Below, piece after piece: positions 60,019-64,000 of a stretch of DNA of 64,000 nt. Positions within the stretch are counted from its first letter, which is position 1; every line of letters begins with the position of its first letter. Under the pieces are notes generated by a model. The model saw nothing but the letters and a program-made list of their open reading frames with translations. It did not search any database and was not told the origin of the DNA. Source of the DNA: the human T2T-CHM13v2.0 reference genome, Homo sapiens; the NCBI RefSeq assembly GCF_009914755.1, contig NC_060935.1; one strand, 5' to 3'. The translations under genes were made by a program, and so were the position numbers.

Positions 60019-60243
60019 TACTATACTCAGCCAGAACAGGTACATGAAAATAAAAGAGAATGAAAAGAAAGTTTCTGCTGGTCGCTGTGGTTCACACCTG
60101 TAATCCCAGTACTTTGGGAAGCCAAGGCCAGTGGATTGCTTGAGCCCATGAGTTTGAGACCAACATGGGCAACATGACAAAACCCTGCCTCTACAAAAAA
60201 TAGAAAAATCAACCGGGAATGGTGGTGCACGCCTATAGTCCTA

Positions 60244-60354
<111 letters not shown>

Positions 60355-61023
60355 CTAAAAAAAGAAAAGAAAATTTCATGGACGCAAACCATGCAGCCTC
60401 TTGCTGGTTATGAAATACACACTAGAACTAGTGTAAGTCTAGTGGCTTCATTTTAAACCATTGGCAACTGCCTCATTTCTCACTTTTTCTTCATATTTTT
60501 CATCCTCTTCTCCCCCAAGGTATTAGAGAGGGAAAAGTTTCCAAAAACCATGCCAGTTTCCTTCCTTTGGTGTTCTATACTTGGAATCCTTAGTCTTCTG
60601 TGGTCAATAGAGTCATGTGCAAAAACTTGACTAGTTTAAGGGGAATTATTAGGAAACAAATGGTTTTGCTGTCTTTTGGTCATTAGCTTGGCCCCATGTT
60701 TAAGCATTCGGTAACAACTGTGAAGAGCCTGCTACAAATAAAGTGGTAGGTGCTCTGAAGAAAAATAAAGCTGTTAAAGGGAATAGAAAGTGATGAAGGC
60801 AGGGGCTGTTAGACAGGCTGGTCAGTGTCTGAGGAAGTAGCCCTGCACTGAGACCTGAAAAGTAAAGAAGCAAGCCATGGGGAGTTGGGGAGGAGCATTC
60901 CAGACAGAGGCTTGATGTGTTGAACCATCTTTTCCAAGCTCTTCCTCTGTTACCTTCTCTTTAGTCACTATGTCCCCTTTCTATCCCAGACCATAATTCC
61001 ACCATTTATCTTAAGGCTGAGCC

Positions 61024-61504
<481 letters not shown>

Positions 61505-61609
61505 TAGGCACATGTCGTCTTTATCCCTTTTCCTTCTCTGATACATCAAGGTCCTTTTCTCTCTGGGTCCTAGCCTCATTCTCTAAGTTTCCTCTTCCTG
61601 TCTTTCAAA

Positions 61610-62610
61610 TATTTTGAATGTATAGAAGAATTACAGTTGTGCTACAAGGAAGTCCCGTATAATCTGCACTCTAGTTCACCAGTTGTTATCATTTGGCCAC
61701 ATGTGCGTTATCATCCCCTCCCTCTCAGTATAGATAGATGTTTTTTTCCTGAACCATTTGAGAGCTGATTGCAAACATTCTGCCTCTTTACCCCTACTTT
61801 GGAGTGTGTTTCCATTGAACAAAACATCTTTGTTTTACGTAACCAACGAAAGTTATTGTTAAGGAAATTTTGCTTTTTGTTTTTTGTTTTTTTTTTTTGA
61901 GACGGAGTCTCGCTCTGTTGCCCAAGCTAGAGTGAAGTGGCGCAATCTTGGCTCACTGCAAGCTCTGCCTCCCAGGTCCACGCCATTCTCCTGCCTCAGC
62001 CTCCTGAGTAGCTGGGACTATGGGCACCCGCCACCACGCCCAGCTAGTGTTTTGTATTTTTAGTAGAGACGGGGTTTCACGATGTTAGCCAGGATGGTCT
62101 CGGTCTCCTGACCTCGTGATCTGCCTGCCTCAACCTCCCAAAGTGCTGGGATTACAGGCGTGAGCCACCGCACCCGGCTGTTAAGGAAATTTAACAGTAA
62201 TTTAGGAAATTAAACATTGATAAACAGTACTTTTGTCAATTATATAGTACACATTTAAATTTTGTCAGTTGTACCAATGATGTCTTTATAGCTGTGTTTA
62301 CCCCTTTTCCAGAGTCCAGTCTAGGATCACACTTTGTGCCTCATCCTGTCTCCTTACTCTCCTTTAATCTGAGAATTAAGATTAAAAGAAGTAAGTTCCT
62401 CAGCCTTTCTCTTTCACACCACTGACATTTTTGAAGACTATAGGCCAGTTGTTTTGTAGAATATTTCTCAATCTGGGTTGGTCTGGTGTTTTCTGATTAG
62501 ATGCAGGTTACATGTTTTGGGCGGGAATACCATAGAAGTGATGTTGTGTCTTTCTCAGTGCATGCACTATGTCTGGAGGCATATGGTATCTGTTTGTTCT
62601 ACTACTGATG
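61610..62610 (-). mobile_element. L1MC/ME-like 3' relic with an inserted AluY (61870-62180)
   Basis: cctgaaccatttgagagctgattgca, ttgacatttttgaag-like and aggccagttgttttgtagaatatttctcaatctggg; Alu TSD gttaaggaaattt. Confidence 0.7.
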
Positions 62611-64000
62611 ACGTCGGCCCTCTAAGCCTTCTGTGTTGAAACTGTTCCTTGTAGTTATATGAATTCTAACATGTATATGCTTGAACTCTGACTATAGGAA
62701 TTCTCCTACTTACAGGAATTCACTCTTAAGTAGGCAGTATTCTATTAAGTTCTTCTGTTCAATCTCTTAGTTCATCAAGTGAGCCTGAGTTCCCTCCCAA
62801 TTCTTTCTCTCCTTTGCAGCATCACTATCTGGGACTCTCGGGTTCCCATCAGGAGTCATAATACCTTCTCTTTCTCCTAGTAAGTTGCATCCCTTAGCCA
62901 GACTCTTTGAACCAGTGATTACTTCTTATATACAATCAGCATATTTTTAGTGTTTTATTGAATCAAGTTAAGGTTCTTTGGCTCTAGGAAGGTTAGTCTT
63001 CAAAGAAATGGTTTCAGAAGAGAGCTGTATAGCTGAATGTGGGGAAGAACTAGGTACCCTCAAGACAACTTGAATCACACCCAGTTCATTTTATCGCAAA
63101 TAAGTCTTTTCCGCTAACCTTATTTGAATTACTGCATGTCATTTACACTGTCTTAGCCTCTTTATTCCTTAAACTCTAGGAGGTAGATTTCATTTTCTTC
63201 ATTTTTCAGATGTGAGGAAATGGAGGCTTGGAAAGGTTAAAGTAATATAGTGAGAAATTACCAGGACTTAAACTCATGTCTCTCCAACTCCAAAGCCCTT
63301 GCTCTTTTTTGAGAGCAGAGAGTGGCTGGGAGGAAAGTCCTCTAGCTATTCATGGTGAAATTAGCCTTCATAGACAGAAATACAAAAGGTAATGGCAGCC
63401 ACGTGCAGAGGCTTATGCCTGTAATCCCAGCACTTTGGGATGCCGAGGCGGGCAGATCACTAGAGGTCAGGAGTTCGAGACCAGCCTGGCCAATATGGTG
63501 AAACCCTGACTGTGTCTCAAAAAAAAAAATAAAAGTAATGTCACTGCTAGATTGGAGGTGATTGCCGGCACCTGCCACTCAGAGAGTTGGAGGTGTCTTT
63601 AAACCAGGACCATCCTGGGCAACTAGATCTTACAGTTGGGGACTTACAAACTGGGAAAATCGAAATACTTCTACTTAAACTCATTTCCTGACATAATTAT
63701 TAATAGTGCCCCACTCACTTTTTTTTTTTTTTTTAAACAGTCTCATTCTGTCACCCAGGCTGGAGTGCAGTGGCACGATGTTGGCTCACTGCAACCTCCG
63801 CCTCCCAGGTTCAAGTGATTTCTCGTGCCTCAGCCTCCCGAGTAGCTGAGATTACAAGTGTGCACCACCATGCCCAGGTATTTTTTGTATTTTTAGTAGA
63901 GACAGGGGTCTCACCATGTTGGCCAGTCTGGTCTTGAGCTCCTGGCCTCAAGTGATCCACCAGCCTCGGACTCCCAAAGTGCAGAGATTACAGGCGTGAG

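Overview
Human (primate) genomic DNA from the intronic middle of RTN3 (reticulon-3), + strand. Two coding exons are present: the 57-nt cassette exon 2 (20205-20261, non-canonical GC donor) and the 2331-nt exon 3 (34057-36387), which encodes the long acidic N-terminal region of RTN3L with six LIR motifs. Exon 1 and the reticulon-domain exons lie outside the window. The rest is intron, dominated by roughly 90 Alu copies or fragments (hand count), an ancient sense-strand L1 relic broken up over ~41.5-52.7 kb, L2/MIR relics, MER2, Tigger3a, a MER21-like solo LTR, MLT1/MST pieces and microsatellites. Almost all short ORFs in the track are Alu read-through or antisense shadows. I found no demonstrably new biological system. 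The best leads are: (1) a stop-free, in-frame exon 3 or exon 2+3 circle that could be translated by rolling circle into a soluble multi-LIR product; (2) a spliced, tailless ~180-bp ATP6V1B2 retro-fragment with flanking direct repeats; (3) a candidate in-frame alternative last exon at 29324 with a hydrophobic C-terminus; (4) a nested frameshifting acceptor inside the GC-donor exon 2. Repeat subfamily names and boundaries are by-eye estimates.
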